Assembly (NCBI GenBank): GCA_045863295.1
Contig: BTWA01000005.1
Location: 96,001-160,000, forward strand
Direction: 5' to 3'
DNA length: 64,000 nucleotides
Source: Candidatus Hydrogenedentota bacterium
Lineage (GTDB): Bacteria > Hydrogenedentota > Hydrogenedentia > Hydrogenedentales > SLHB01
This document shows positions 19,095-28,865 of the stretch, in pieces; the first letter of the stretch is position 1; each line of letters opens with the position of its first letter. Made by a program: the position numbers and the translations under genes. The notes below the pieces were generated by a model. That model was not told the origin of the DNA, searched no databases, and saw only the letters and a list, made by a program, of their open reading frames with translations.

Positions 19095-20444
19095 CTACTT
19101 CAATGCTTCAGCGAGGGCCGTTTCCATTATCTCCGCCACATCGGGATTCACCCAGCACCAGTCGTGGGCCTGGATAAATCCTTCTTCGATGGCGCGTGGG
19201 GTGGGAATGTATCCCGGAGCGCATTCACCATACCCTGCCACGAAGACGAGCCGGTCCGGACGGATTGCCTGTGCGCGCAGTTGCCAGCCCACGAAAGATT
19301 CGGCCGGCATTAACAGATAGATGGCTTTGCCAAAATCGACGGCCGGAAAATCGACGGGTTGCCCGGAGGCGACCCGGCTTTGCCAACTGAGTCCCATTGC
19401 GGCGAGTATGCGGTCAAAGGTTTTGCGGGACGGATCGGCCAGTGTACTTTTCAATACTTCCGGCGCGTAATCGCCGGTATCCCGTGCGGGAATCATGATT
19501 TTCGCCACGTTCACTCGCACGGCGTCCAAGGGTTCCCTCGCCGTACTTTCCAATGCGGTGTTCATTCCCGCATACAGTTTATCCGCGAGGACTTGCCTAT
19601 TCTTGGGATTTCCGTCGTTCCACTTGCCGGCAATGGTGTCGCCGCTGCATCCAGAGAAATAGATCTGGAACGTTTCGGGATGTTCGGCGTGCATGCGCGT
19701 GCGTGCCATACCCACGAAGTCGGCGGATACATCGCCTCGGCCATAGTAACTCATTGGGTGGATTGAGAACGCATACATGGCGACGACGGGCGTATCGCCA
19801 TTCCAGAAACTTATGGATTTTACCATGGGGTCGTTATCCCCCGCCGGCCGATCCCGCATGGCCGCGTCGGCGGTGGCGCTTGTGCGGTTGTAGTTTACGC
19901 CATCCGGCATTTCGACACGGCGGTTCGAGGCCAGTTCGTGCGTTTCGCCTTCGCCGTAGCCATAGTGGGTGATTGGCACGGCGTTGGGTAACGCCTCCCG
20001 CACCGCGCTTGCCACACGCTGTACGCAGTCTTCGTGATAGTCCGTAAACACGAGCGCGCCCTTCAGACCGTGTTCATCTAGGAGGCGTTGCGCCTCCAGA
20101 TCGGCGATGGGGGTGTCATGCTGATGGATGCACGACATCAGTACGTGATCCGGCTGGGTGCCGGCGGCCGCGGAAATTTCGCTTCGCCACCGGTCGTAGG
20201 CGTCGTTGCGGACTTCGCACCAGTCGAGAGCAAGAAAGACAATCGGTTTCTCCGCACCGAGCAATACGCAGCCTTTGGCAAACAGCGAATCGATGACTTG
20301 ATCCGCCGGCGCGATGCCGCCTCCCATCAGCGCGTGGCCCATGGGGGCCGTGATATCCACGTTGAATGTGGCCACTGAGAATTCGGCATGCGCCCCAAGC
20401 GAAGAAACAGCGAGTACTATGATGGCCGCGATGTACTTCTTCAT
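19095..20444 (-). CDS. Exported ceramidase-like hypothetical metallo-hydrolase
   Basis: True start MKKYIAAIIV at 20444 (ATGA overlap); CIHQHDTP, HPMSYYG, GCSGD, MPAESF, GYGECAPGYIPT. Confidence 0.75.
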   Translation of the reverse strand: MKKYIAAIIVLAVSSLGAHAEFSVATFNVDITAPMGHALMGGGIAPADQVIDSLFAKGCVLLGAEKPIVFLALDWCEVRNDAYDRWRSEISAAAGTQPDHVLMSCIHQHDTPIADLEAQRLLDEHGLKGALVFTDYHEDCVQRVASAVREALPNAVPITHYGYGEGETHELASNRRVEMPDGVNYNRTSATADAAMRDRPAGDNDPMVKSISFWNGDTPVVAMYAFSIHPMSYYGRGDVSADFVGMARTRMHAEHPETFQIYFSGCSGDTIAGKWNDGNPKNRQVLADKLYAGMNTALESTAREPLDAVRVNVAKIMIPARDTGDYAPEVLKSTLADPSRKTFDRILAAMGLSWQSRVASGQPVDFPAVDFGKAIYLLMPAESFVGWQLRAQAIRPDRLVFVAGYGECAPGYIPTPRAIEEGFIQAHDWCWVNPDVAEIMETALAEALK

Positions 20445-20791
20445 GCCGTTTTGCTTTCTGGTTTTGCCGCACGCGATCGTTCGATCACCCAGGCTACGGT
20501 CAGGATTAACATCCAGATTCCGCTGAAGGCCAACCCACCGGATTCGCGGGCCTGTTCCGTTTCCAGAAAAGGCTTTTCCAACACGGGAAACCACCACCAT
20601 GCGACGCCTAGAAATGCGAGCGCGCCTGTAGCCGCGAACGCAATGTCGGTTCGCTTCAATCCCACGAGCGTCACGACAAACGGATAGAGATAAATGAGCA
20701 TCCAGATAACACCATCGGGATCGTTGTATTGCACGATGATGCTGGCGGCAAATGGGATGAGCATCAGTCCGCAGGAAATTTTTCTCAACAT
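20441..20791 (-). CDS. Transmembrane-220-like small membrane protein
   Basis: VQYNDPDGVIWMLIY and EQARESGGL motifs, about 4 TM. Confidence 0.75.
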   Translation of the reverse strand: MLRKISCGLMLIPFAASIIVQYNDPDGVIWMLIYLYPFVVTLVGLKRTDIAFAATGALAFLGVAWWWFPVLEKPFLETEQARESGGLAFSGIWMLILTVAWVIERSRAAKPESKTA

Positions 20792-20897
20792 AAAGTCGGC
20801 TCCATCTTGGCTTTCTCACAGAGGTGGTCGAAACCGACTGCGTGCGTTTGCGAGTCGGGTTTCCGGCACTTTCCACGTACATTATCGAGCCAAGGTA

Positions 20898-21542
20898 TCA
20901 TTCCACGTCGGTCACCGGCCATTCCAACGGCAATGACACGCCCAGAGGCTGCATAAAATCCACGATGATTCGATAGGTCAAGCCCCAGATAGTGTACCCT
21001 TGGTAGTGGAAGCTGGGAAAAAGTCTTCGCAGTGGATCGGGAGGAAATATATATTCGCGCACGTTGGCCGAATCGCTGAAATGGGATACCGGTACCCATA
21101 CCGCAGCGGCGACTTCGTGGTTCAAAACGAGGTCGTGTTTCACCGGGCAATGGTAAACATAGGGTGATACCGATAGTTGAAAGTCCGCCAGGCGGCCGCC
21201 GGTTACATCGCTTAACCTCGCCAGTAGCGAATCCGGAGCAATTCTTAAACCGACTTCCTCATAGGTCTCGCGGCGCGCCGCTGCCTCGGTGGAGTCGTCC
21301 TCCGGGTCCTGTCGGCCACCGGGAAACGCCATATGGCCCGACCATGGATCCTCGGGATGATGCGCGCGTTGGATGAACAGCATTTCCAGGCCATCCGTGC
21401 CGTCGTGCAATGCGACCGCGACCGCGGCCTTTCGTTGCGCATCCTGCGATGGGATGGCTTTGTGAGCACGGGAGTTGAACGCCCGTTGGATTTCCGCGAG
21501 CGTTAGCTTCGGAGGTGAAATGGGATCGGGCACAGCAGACAT
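20898..21542 (-). CDS. Nudix hydrolase, CoA pyrophosphatase subfamily
   Basis: WSGHMAFPGG, AARRETYEEVG Nudix box, IWGLTY. Confidence 0.92.
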   Translation of the reverse strand: MSAVPDPISPPKLTLAEIQRAFNSRAHKAIPSQDAQRKAAVAVALHDGTDGLEMLFIQRAHHPEDPWSGHMAFPGGRQDPEDDSTEAAARRETYEEVGLRIAPDSLLARLSDVTGGRLADFQLSVSPYVYHCPVKHDLVLNHEVAAAVWVPVSHFSDSANVREYIFPPDPLRRLFPSFHYQGYTIWGLTYRIIVDFMQPLGVSLPLEWPVTDVE

Positions 21543-21615
21543 CCGAGGGTTCTATTGCTACTGACCACACACACCGCATCAGTATACATTCGAAGCCCTC
21601 GAACTTTCGAACCGC

Positions 21616-23301
21616 CTATTCCGCCCGCGTGGGCGGAGGAGGAGCGTATACGCCACGGGGCACGAATGGCACCGGCTCTGTATTTCCGTCTCCATCGACG
21701 TCTCTCAGCCTGAATTCCGTGGGTGTACCGGAGTAGATGGGTATTTCGGTATGAGCCACTTCTTCGATCGTAAGCACAATGGCCAAAAGCGACTTTTCTC
21801 CCATGGGTGTGGTGAAGATGTATATATCGCCCTTGGAATACTCGTAATCTGCACGAAGCGAAGCGGTGTTGTATGCGGGGAGTGGTTTCAATACCACTTG
21901 CTGCCGGTGATATGCCAGCATTTCCACGCGAAACGTGTCCATGGAGTTGGTTGGATGGATTCGTAGTCCGAGCAGGATTCCAGTGGGGAAGAGTTTCTCG
22001 ACGCCGTCCGCCGTAGCGGAGGCCACATCAGCAATTAAGGCTCCTCGATTTCCCATGAATTCAACAATCTCCGGATCCATTTTGAGCAACGGTTTAAAAG
22101 AATCCGATTCGCGGATGCTGGATGAAGTCACTACTTTGGATGCGTACCCCCGCGCGTTGTCGGCAAGCAACGTAGTCACACGAGGAGCGGAAAGCGTTTC
22201 AGTATCTTTATGGCGCGAAAAAGAATCCAGGATAGACTGTTTATACTCGGCCGTCTTTTCTGGATCGACGGGTACCCGGTAGGCTTTGAATTGACCCTTG
22301 TGAGTGACAATAGAGTCTGCTTCAGGGAGCGATCTCAATGCGGTTTCCGCAGTAGCCACATTCACTTTGCAGAATGCAGCTTCTATCGAAACCTGCCGGG
22401 ATGGAGTACCGGTGGGGACATTGGATTGAACCCGCAGCAAGTGGATGGAGTAGACCGCATTGTTTTCCTCGGCGGAAATTGGCATACCGCCAAATCCTCC
22501 TTTGCTCATGCCACCGCCGAATGATCCTCCTCCGAAGCTGCCACCTCCGAACCCCCCACCCCCGATTCCGCCATGGGCCCCTGTGCCATTGGCAGACTTA
22601 CCCATAGAATCCGCGGGCACCGTGTTCTTCAGCACGATTTTGAAAAGCGTATCCACTTCAGTCGCCGTCCGCACCGTTTCGTTGCTTTCCAATTCAGGCA
22701 GTTCGCGCTTTAAAACAAAGATCCACCGGCCGAGCTTTGCTTCTGTGAGCGTGTCCCATTCCGACTTTGAGAATTTCGGCATCCCAACCTCGGGCATCAC
22801 GCCTTCCAGGGGAACGCGCCCCGCCAAAACCGAGTCGGTTCCTTTCATAGCAACCTTGACTGATTGGTCGTCTGAGCCCGGTTGAATCGTAAGTTCTATG
22901 CGGGATACCGGTGCGGACTCCGAATGTTTCAGCCGATAGAGGTTATCCTTTTCCAGTTCGAAATACTCGATTGGTTCGCCTTCGCTTACTATCTGGTATC
23001 GCTTCCCCGCGTCAGCCGCGATCTTTGCATCGGTCACCTGCTCCGCGAATTCATTACCCGGAGCCCAATCGGGATGCCACTTCAAGAAGCCATTTAATTC
23101 CGCGGACAGCTTTAATCCAGGCATCAACTCCACCGGGACATCTTCAATTACTCCCGTCACAACGGCACCATCCACTTTGGGGTGAAACGCCTCGCCCGCC
23201 GGCGCTTTCAAACGAAAACTCTGATACACCACGGTATATTGCGATTCTCCCCAAGCCAAGGCGCCTATCATGCCCAAGGCGGCCATCCATGCGGTTCGCA
23301 T
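21616..23301 (-). CDS. Exported protein with two degenerate secretin-core-like modules and a GGF-rich linker
   Basis: Signal peptide; first module resembles the upstream 232-aa protein; GGGGFGGGSFGGGSFGGG linker; QVSIEAAF...LSAPRVTTL...TGILL. Confidence 0.6.
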   Translation of the reverse strand: MRTAWMAALGMIGALAWGESQYTVVYQSFRLKAPAGEAFHPKVDGAVVTGVIEDVPVELMPGLKLSAELNGFLKWHPDWAPGNEFAEQVTDAKIAADAGKRYQIVSEGEPIEYFELEKDNLYRLKHSESAPVSRIELTIQPGSDDQSVKVAMKGTDSVLAGRVPLEGVMPEVGMPKFSKSEWDTLTEAKLGRWIFVLKRELPELESNETVRTATEVDTLFKIVLKNTVPADSMGKSANGTGAHGGIGGGGFGGGSFGGGSFGGGMSKGGFGGMPISAEENNAVYSIHLLRVQSNVPTGTPSRQVSIEAAFCKVNVATAETALRSLPEADSIVTHKGQFKAYRVPVDPEKTAEYKQSILDSFSRHKDTETLSAPRVTTLLADNARGYASKVVTSSSIRESDSFKPLLKMDPEIVEFMGNRGALIADVASATADGVEKLFPTGILLGLRIHPTNSMDTFRVEMLAYHRQQVVLKPLPAYNTASLRADYEYSKGDIYIFTTPMGEKSLLAIVLTIEEVAHTEIPIYSGTPTEFRLRDVDGDGNTEPVPFVPRGVYAPPPPTRAE

Positions 23302-23334
23302 TAGCGCATCTCCTTGACGTGTACGGCGTGAATT

Positions 23335-24033
23335 CTATTCCGCCTTGGAGTCCTGTGGTTTGTACTCGGTCACGCGGAAGTAGACTGCAATCTTTACCTG
23401 AGCCTCGGCCGGGGTGCTCGCCTCCGATTGTATTGCCTGATCGTCTTGCACCGTCAAAACCATCCACTTACCCAGTTCAATTGCTTCCGGCGTGTCCAGC
23501 GTACTCGCCAACGTGCGAATGTCGGGTTTACCCACTGGCAACTGTGTTCCTTCAACCGGCGCGCGTGCCGCGACGGCGGCAACGTTGCAGGTCATTCGCA
23601 ATGCGACCTTGGCTGGATTGTCCAGTGGAGTGAACGAGGCGGCCAATTCTATGCCGGGCGCCGTATCGGAGTTTTTCAATTCATAGCGGTTATCGCCGAC
23701 AAACTCGAAGTACTGCAAGGGTACGTCGCCGCCAATGCGGATGTTTGCTTCCGCCCCTTCGAGGGTCACGATTCTGGGCGCCGCAAGGACGGTGTAGGAC
23801 TGGTGTATCCAGGCGTGATCTATTTCGCCTCCGTTTACATCTACGGGCTCCAGAATTGATGGGTTCCGTTGTGAGTTTTCAGTTGCCTCATCCGAGACGT
23901 TTTTCTCACTGTGCTCGGGAATTTTCTGGGCTATCACAAATTCCGCTGAATATTGGATCTCCGCCGCGAGACAGAGGGTAGAAAACCCACTGAGTCCCAA
24001 CACGGCCAATTGTCTGTAAACAGTGCGTCTCAT
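23335..24033 (-). CDS. Exported mini-secretin-like protein (secretin core motifs only)
   Basis: Signal peptide; VLAAPRIVTLEGAEANIRIG...GIEL...GKPDI...LGKW matches type II/III secretin core strands. Confidence 0.65.
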   Translation of the reverse strand: MRRTVYRQLAVLGLSGFSTLCLAAEIQYSAEFVIAQKIPEHSEKNVSDEATENSQRNPSILEPVDVNGGEIDHAWIHQSYTVLAAPRIVTLEGAEANIRIGGDVPLQYFEFVGDNRYELKNSDTAPGIELAASFTPLDNPAKVALRMTCNVAAVAARAPVEGTQLPVGKPDIRTLASTLDTPEAIELGKWMVLTVQDDQAIQSEASTPAEAQVKIAVYFRVTEYKPQDSKAE

Positions 24034-24416
24034 GTGGACGGACTCCTTTCTTGATTGGGCTGCTCTGGTTCTTCCAGTTCGATTACATAGGCGCGGTTAC
24101 GCCTGGGCTTGTCCGTGGATTGGAAACGTGCGGGCAGGTCAAATACGTTTGCGCTGCCCTGGGTTTCCTGGACGATATATATAATTTCACGACTGGGTGT
24201 AGCCTGCTGTCCGCGATAGAGCCAGGTTGCCGCTCCAAACCCGAGGGCAAGACATACGGCACATGCGCCCAGCATCGCGCGAAGTGTCACTCTCGATCCG
24301 TGCATTCTCTGCCGGCCGATGGCCGATTTCAGCAATAAGGCTTCCACGCGGCGATCGAGTTGATCGGAAGGGCTGCACAGTGCCCGTTGCCGCAACCGGT
24401 CTTCCATGTCGTTCAT
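24030..24416 (-). CDS. Putative single-TM anti-sigma factor
   Basis: ATGA overlaps on both sides; short cytoplasmic N-terminus, one TM; follows an ECF sigma gene. Confidence 0.7.
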   Translation of the reverse strand: MNDMEDRLRQRALCSPSDQLDRRVEALLLKSAIGRQRMHGSRVTLRAMLGACAVCLALGFGAATWLYRGQQATPSREIIYIVQETQGSANVFDLPARFQSTDKPRRNRAYVIELEEPEQPNQERSPST

Positions 24417-24892
24417 GCTTCATTCTCCCGGGTCATTGCCTGGAGTTTTTCAAGGCCGCGCCGGTACCACGATGCCGCTGTGCTCACCGGCACACCGCGC
24501 ACGTCGGCGATTTCCTGAAACGTGAGGCCGTTGTACAGTTTCATCACGATGCATTCGCGCTCGTCGTCGCCGAGATGAGTCAACATAAATTCAATGTCAT
24601 GTCCGGCACCGGCCGCAGGGGGTTCCGTGTGCCGGCCGTTGAATATGAACTGATCGCGGTTTCTGACCGTGTTGCGGCGTAGATCGTCCATTGCCGCATT
24701 ACGGACCATGCGAAACACATAGGGGCGGAGGTCTTCCGGCGGTTGTCTAAGCTCCAGCAACCGGGCAATCGCACCATGCACAATATCTTCCGCCACTTCC
24801 CGGTTTTTTGCCAGCGCGAGCGCGTAGGTGAACAGGGCGTCCCGATGGGATTCGTAGAATCGGCGCACGATATCGGTTAATTCCGCGTTCAG
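24413..24892 (-). CDS. ECF sigma-70 factor (probable CTG start at 24892; alternative GTG at 24868)
   Basis: AEDIVH, YVFRMVRNAAMD, LTFQEIADVRGVPVSTAASWYRRG; GGGAGA lies 8 nt before the in-frame CTG. Confidence 0.9.
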   Translation of the reverse strand: MNAELTDIVRRFYESHRDALFTYALALAKNREVAEDIVHGAIARLLELRQPPEDLRPYVFRMVRNAAMDDLRRNTVRNRDQFIFNGRHTEPPAAGAGHDIEFMLTHLGDDERECIVMKLYNGLTFQEIADVRGVPVSTAASWYRRGLEKLQAMTRENEA

Positions 24893-25341
24893 CGTGTCGA
24901 TCTCCCGCGAGTTGCCAGTCTGCTTGTACCACGCACCAGCATGGTCGATTTGTGCGGCCCGGTAAAAACGTACTGCGACGACCTTGGAGAGTCGGATGTT
25001 TTTTGTGTCAATAAACTACCTTGAAAAACGTGCTCAATGTTTGAAGAGTGCATTGGAATTACCGCATAAAAGCAATAAAAAGTAGGCGAGAGTGTAATAA
25101 ATTGACTCAGTTTCAGGTCGCTGGAGAATTGACTCAGTAAGGTTGTGAGGTAATAGGCTTTCTGAGTTGTGGTCAAAACGGTGTTGGCTGCCCCGTGATG
25201 ACCTTGTCAAACCAAATTCACAAAGCATTGTAGTGCAAGAGCTTGTGCTTGCTATCGCAATTGTGTGGCACGGGGCATTTGTGCTTGGAGCCAAGCAAGT
25301 TTGGAATCGAGAATGTAGTTACTTGATATAATGACATAAAT

Positions 25342-27918
25342 ATGCTAAATTATCTAAAAGATGCAATACTAAACTGGTTGGCCGAGGCACACCGGGGGCT
25401 CCCCGCCAAAGCGTGGGAATGCGGATTTCAAGCTCCAACGGGTTTCTGGCACGACACCACTTCGAGAGCACTAGTGGATCCTCTACACGATCGGCTGTAC
25501 GCGCGAAACAATGCCGGTGCCACGTCGCGGATTAGTGTGATCGTTTTCGGGGTGCTGTTGTTTGCGTTGTGCTTTGAGGTGCTGGCCCATATCGTGAAGC
25601 AGGCGTATCCGGAGTTGTCCCTTTTGTCGGGCACGCTGACGCTTGTTGCCGTCATTACGTTACTGTTGCCCGCCGTTTACCTGATTGTCCGTTACGACGG
25701 TACTCCAGTGCTGAAATCGACGATAGTTTCGTCGTTCGTCTTACTGCTCTTGTCCCAACTGATCCAAGTCACGGCTTCGATCGACTATTTTGACGGTTGG
25801 CCTGTTATCAGCGAGTCGTCGCCGTTGCACGATATGTCACGGTGGGTGTGTCTTGTACTCGGCCTTGTCCTTATGATGGCCAGCCTTTACTTCGCGTTGC
25901 TGGAAACGGTCATGACCCGCAGCCGGCTGATGGAAGAACACGCACAACTTCGACAGGAAGCGGCGATACGAAGCCGTGCCGAGCAGGCTTTGGTGGAGCG
26001 GGAGGATCTGTACCGTCAGGCCATTACGCAAGCGGGTGCGATTCCCTACCGCGTGAATTGGACCCGCAAGGAGTATACATTCTACGACGACACTGTATCC
26101 CGGTTGACTGGTTTCACACGCGACGAATTGACCTTTGAAAAGCTGCAATCGCTTCCGATCGAGAGGCGGTTTATAGGTGTCTTGTCCGGTCTTTCCCAGC
26201 AGGAAGTCGATTCGGGATTCGCGAACGGAACGTTGAACCGCTGGCAGTGCGAGTACCGCTTTAAGACAAAATCCGGTGAGGAACGATGGATTCTTGACAG
26301 CTCGATTGAGATTCCCGGCCCTGATGGGTCGATTGCGGAAACGGTTGGCTTGTTTCAAGACATTACCGATCGAAAACGCGAGGAGGAGGCGATAAAGCGG
26401 AATGAGCGGTACTTCCGCGCACTTACCGAGAAGGCGCAAGATCTTATTACGGTATTAAATGCCGACGGTACCATCCGCTACGAAAGCCCTTCCATAGAGA
26501 GTGTTCTGGGCTATGGCCAGGACGAGTTGACTGGCCGCAATGTGTTTGACTTCATACATCCCGACGATCGGTCCCGGGCGCTTGACACGTTTGTCCATGC
26601 GGTTGCGGAACCCAATGCGTCGGCGACCGTTAATTTCCGGTGTCTCCACCAGGACGGTACGTACCGGATGCTGGAATCGATTGGCATCAACCGGCTTTCC
26701 GATCCCGACGTGATGGGCGTGGTTATCAATTCTCGCGACGTAACCGATCGTCTGGCGTTGGAGCAGCAACTGTTGCAGTCGCAGAAAATGGAAGGCATTG
26801 GACGTCTGGCGGGCGGTATCGCGCACGATTTCAACAATCTTCTCACGTGCATTATGGGGTATAGCGAGTATATTACGGCGAAATCACTGCCCGGCGATTG
26901 GTACGTGCCGCATGTCACCGAGATTACTCAGGCGTCCCGCCGGGCTTCGGAGCTGACGCGCCAACTGCTTGCATTCGCCCGCAAGCAGATATCCGAGCCG
27001 CGCAACACGAATTTAAATGCACTCTTGACGAACATCGACAAGATGCTGTGCCGATTGATTGGCGAAGACATCGAGTTGGTGACCATACCCAGTACGGAAC
27101 CGTCGGTGGCTTTAATCGATCCAGTACAATTCGAACAGGTGGTGTTGAATCTGATTGTGAACGCGCGTGATGCGATGCCTGAGGGTGGAAAGATCACGGT
27201 TGAGCTGGATCACGTCGAACTGGATGATGAGTATTCGAAGTCGCACCCGGAAGTATTGCCCGGACCTTACATCTTATTTGCGGTAAGCGATACCGGTGCA
27301 GGTATGACAGAGGAAGTCAAGAGCCACATTTTCGAACCCTTCTTTACCACCAAAGGTCCGGGCAAGGGTACCGGTCTGGGTCTTGCCATGTGCTACGGCA
27401 TCGTGAAGCAGTCCGGCGGTCACATCTGGGTTTACAGCGAACCCGGAAGAGGCACCACGTTCAAGATCTATCTACCCCGCGTGGCTGATGCCGTTCCCGC
27501 GGCGGAGCGCACCACTGGGCGTAACATCGCCAAGGGCGGCACCGAGACCATACTGGTCGTGGAAGATGAGCCGGGGGTCCGGTCTATTGCAGAGAGAACG
27601 TTAAGTGACCGGGGCTATACCGTCATCGTCGCGCCCGACGGGGCCGCGGCTCTGGAAATAGCCTTGCGGGAAGGTACGCGCATTGACCTGTTGCTGACGG
27701 ACGTGGTGTTGCCCCATCTCAACGGGCCGGAGTTGGTTGCCCGGTTGAATGGAGACCTTCCGGGGCTGAAGGTGTTGTACATGTCGGGATATACCGAAGA
27801 CGCCATCGTGCATCGCGGCGTGCTGCAGAATTCCATCGATTTTTTGCCCAAGCCGTTTACGTCCGAAACGCTTGCCCACAAAGTCCGGGATGTTCTGGAT
27901 CAGTCCGTGGTTTCCTGA
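25342..27918 (+). CDS. Hybrid sensor histidine kinase (TM region, two PAS, HisKA, HATPase, REC)
   Basis: [11 protein letters not shown]-box, [31 protein letters not shown]-terminal receiver; exact start uncertain. Confidence 0.95.
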   Translation: MLNYLKDAILNWLAEAHRGLPAKAWECGFQAPTGFWHDTTSRALVDPLHDRLYARNNAGATSRISVIVFGVLLFALCFEVLAHIVKQAYPELSLLSGTLTLVAVITLLLPAVYLIVRYDGTPVLKSTIVSSFVLLLLSQLIQVTASIDYFDGWPVISESSPLHDMSRWVCLVLGLVLMMASLYFALLETVMTRSRLMEEHAQLRQEAAIRSRAEQALVEREDLYRQAITQAGAIPYRVNWTRKEYTFYDDTVSRLTGFTRDELTFEKLQSLPIERRFIGVLSGLSQQEVDSGFANGTLNRWQCEYRFKTKSGEERWILDSSIEIPGPDGSIAETVGLFQDITDRKREEEAIKRNERYFRALTEKAQDLITVLNADGTIRYESPSIESVLGYGQDELTGRNVFDFIHPDDRSRALDTFVHAVAEPNASATVNFRCLHQDGTYRMLESIGINRLSDPDVMGVVINSRDVTDRLALEQQLLQSQKMEGIGRLAGGIAHDFNNLLTCIMGYSEYITAKSLPGDWYVPHVTEITQASRRASELTRQLLAFARKQISEPRNTNLNALLTNIDKMLCRLIGEDIELVTIPSTEPSVALIDPVQFEQVVLNLIVNARDAMPEGGKITVELDHVELDDEYSKSHPEVLPGPYILFAVSDTGAGMTEEVKSHIFEPFFTTKGPGKGTGLGLAMCYGIVKQSGGHIWVYSEPGRGTTFKIYLPRVADAVPAAERTTGRNIAKGGTETILVVEDEPGVRSIAERTLSDRGYTVIVAPDGAAALEIALREGTRIDLLLTDVVLPHLNGPELVARLNGDLPGLKVLYMSGYTEDAIVHRGVLQNSIDFLPKPFTSETLAHKVRDVLDQSVVS

Positions 27919-27999
27919 GCCTGATTCGCCGGGGGATGCTGCCGCGATCATTCCCATGTGTTATGATTCCGCCTCAAAACAGGGGAGGGTCAGAGTGCC

Positions 28000-28803
28000 A
28001 TGAGCGAATCTTTGGTTTCTACTCGTACCGTCGGTGTCCTTCACTATATCTCGCTCAATAGGCCCTCCAAGCGGAATGCCGTTACGATGGAGATGTTGGC
28101 CCAACTGGAGTCGGCATTTCGCCATGCCGACCAACAGACCGGTGTACGGGCCATTCTGGTCACTGCCGAGGGTCCCATCTTTTCCGCCGGTGTGGATGTA
28201 TTGGGGCTGGCCCAGATGCGCGCGGAAGCCGGCGATCAAAATCCCTCGCGTTGGCTCCGCCGCGTGGCGGAACAGATGCAGCAGACGTTGAACGTTATTG
28301 AATCCACGGAAGTGCCCGTCATCGGTGTCCTTCACGGTCAGGTATTGGGTTTGGGGCTGGAATTAGCGCTGTCTTTCGATTTCCGCGTGGCGACATCGGA
28401 CTGCAAGTTGGGGCTGCCCGAAACGCGTCTGGGTCTCATTGCCGATGTAGGGGGTACCACCCGTCTCACCAAATTGGTCGGACCCAGCCGGACGAAAGAT
28501 CTGTTGATGACCGCCCGAACTGTGAGCGCGGAGGAAGCGCTTCAGTGGGGACTTGTCAATCGCGTTGCTTCGCCCGATCAAGCGTTGACTGAGGCGGAGA
28601 AGTTGGCGGGCCAGATTTCCGCGAACGCGCCCATTGCCGTGGGTCTGGCGAAACTGGTCGTTGACCAGGGCGACGGATTGCCCAAGCATACACAGATGGC
28701 GATTGAGCGGTGGGCCCAGAGTCAACTTATCGCGACGGACGACCTGGGCGAGGCGTTCGGCGCTTTTATGGAGAAGCGTCCGCCCGTGTTCAAAGGGAAA
28801 TGA
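28000..28803 (+). CDS. Enoyl-CoA hydratase/isomerase family protein
   Basis: LNRPSKRNA, FSAGVD, GLGLELAL, LPETRLGL, AFMEKRPPVFKG. Confidence 0.95.
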   Translation: MSESLVSTRTVGVLHYISLNRPSKRNAVTMEMLAQLESAFRHADQQTGVRAILVTAEGPIFSAGVDVLGLAQMRAEAGDQNPSRWLRRVAEQMQQTLNVIESTEVPVIGVLHGQVLGLGLELALSFDFRVATSDCKLGLPETRLGLIADVGGTTRLTKLVGPSRTKDLLMTARTVSAEEALQWGLVNRVASPDQALTEAEKLAGQISANAPIAVGLAKLVVDQGDGLPKHTQMAIERWAQSQLIATDDLGEAFGAFMEKRPPVFKGK

Positions 28804-28865
28804 GCAACGTCTCATTCCGTTGGGGGTACACTTTGTATCGGAAAGACTTTCCTTGGAGAGCGCAG

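Noticed and set aside
20445..20882. N-terminal extension of the 595-aa ORF, and similar extensions on miaA, the HAD gene, pilT, livG and the 9076 ORF
   Set aside because: They overlap neighbouring genes; internal starts with SD sequences, signal peptides or family N-termini fit better
25266..25284. Sigma54 promoter starting TGGCACG
   Set aside because: There is no GC at the required -12 spacing
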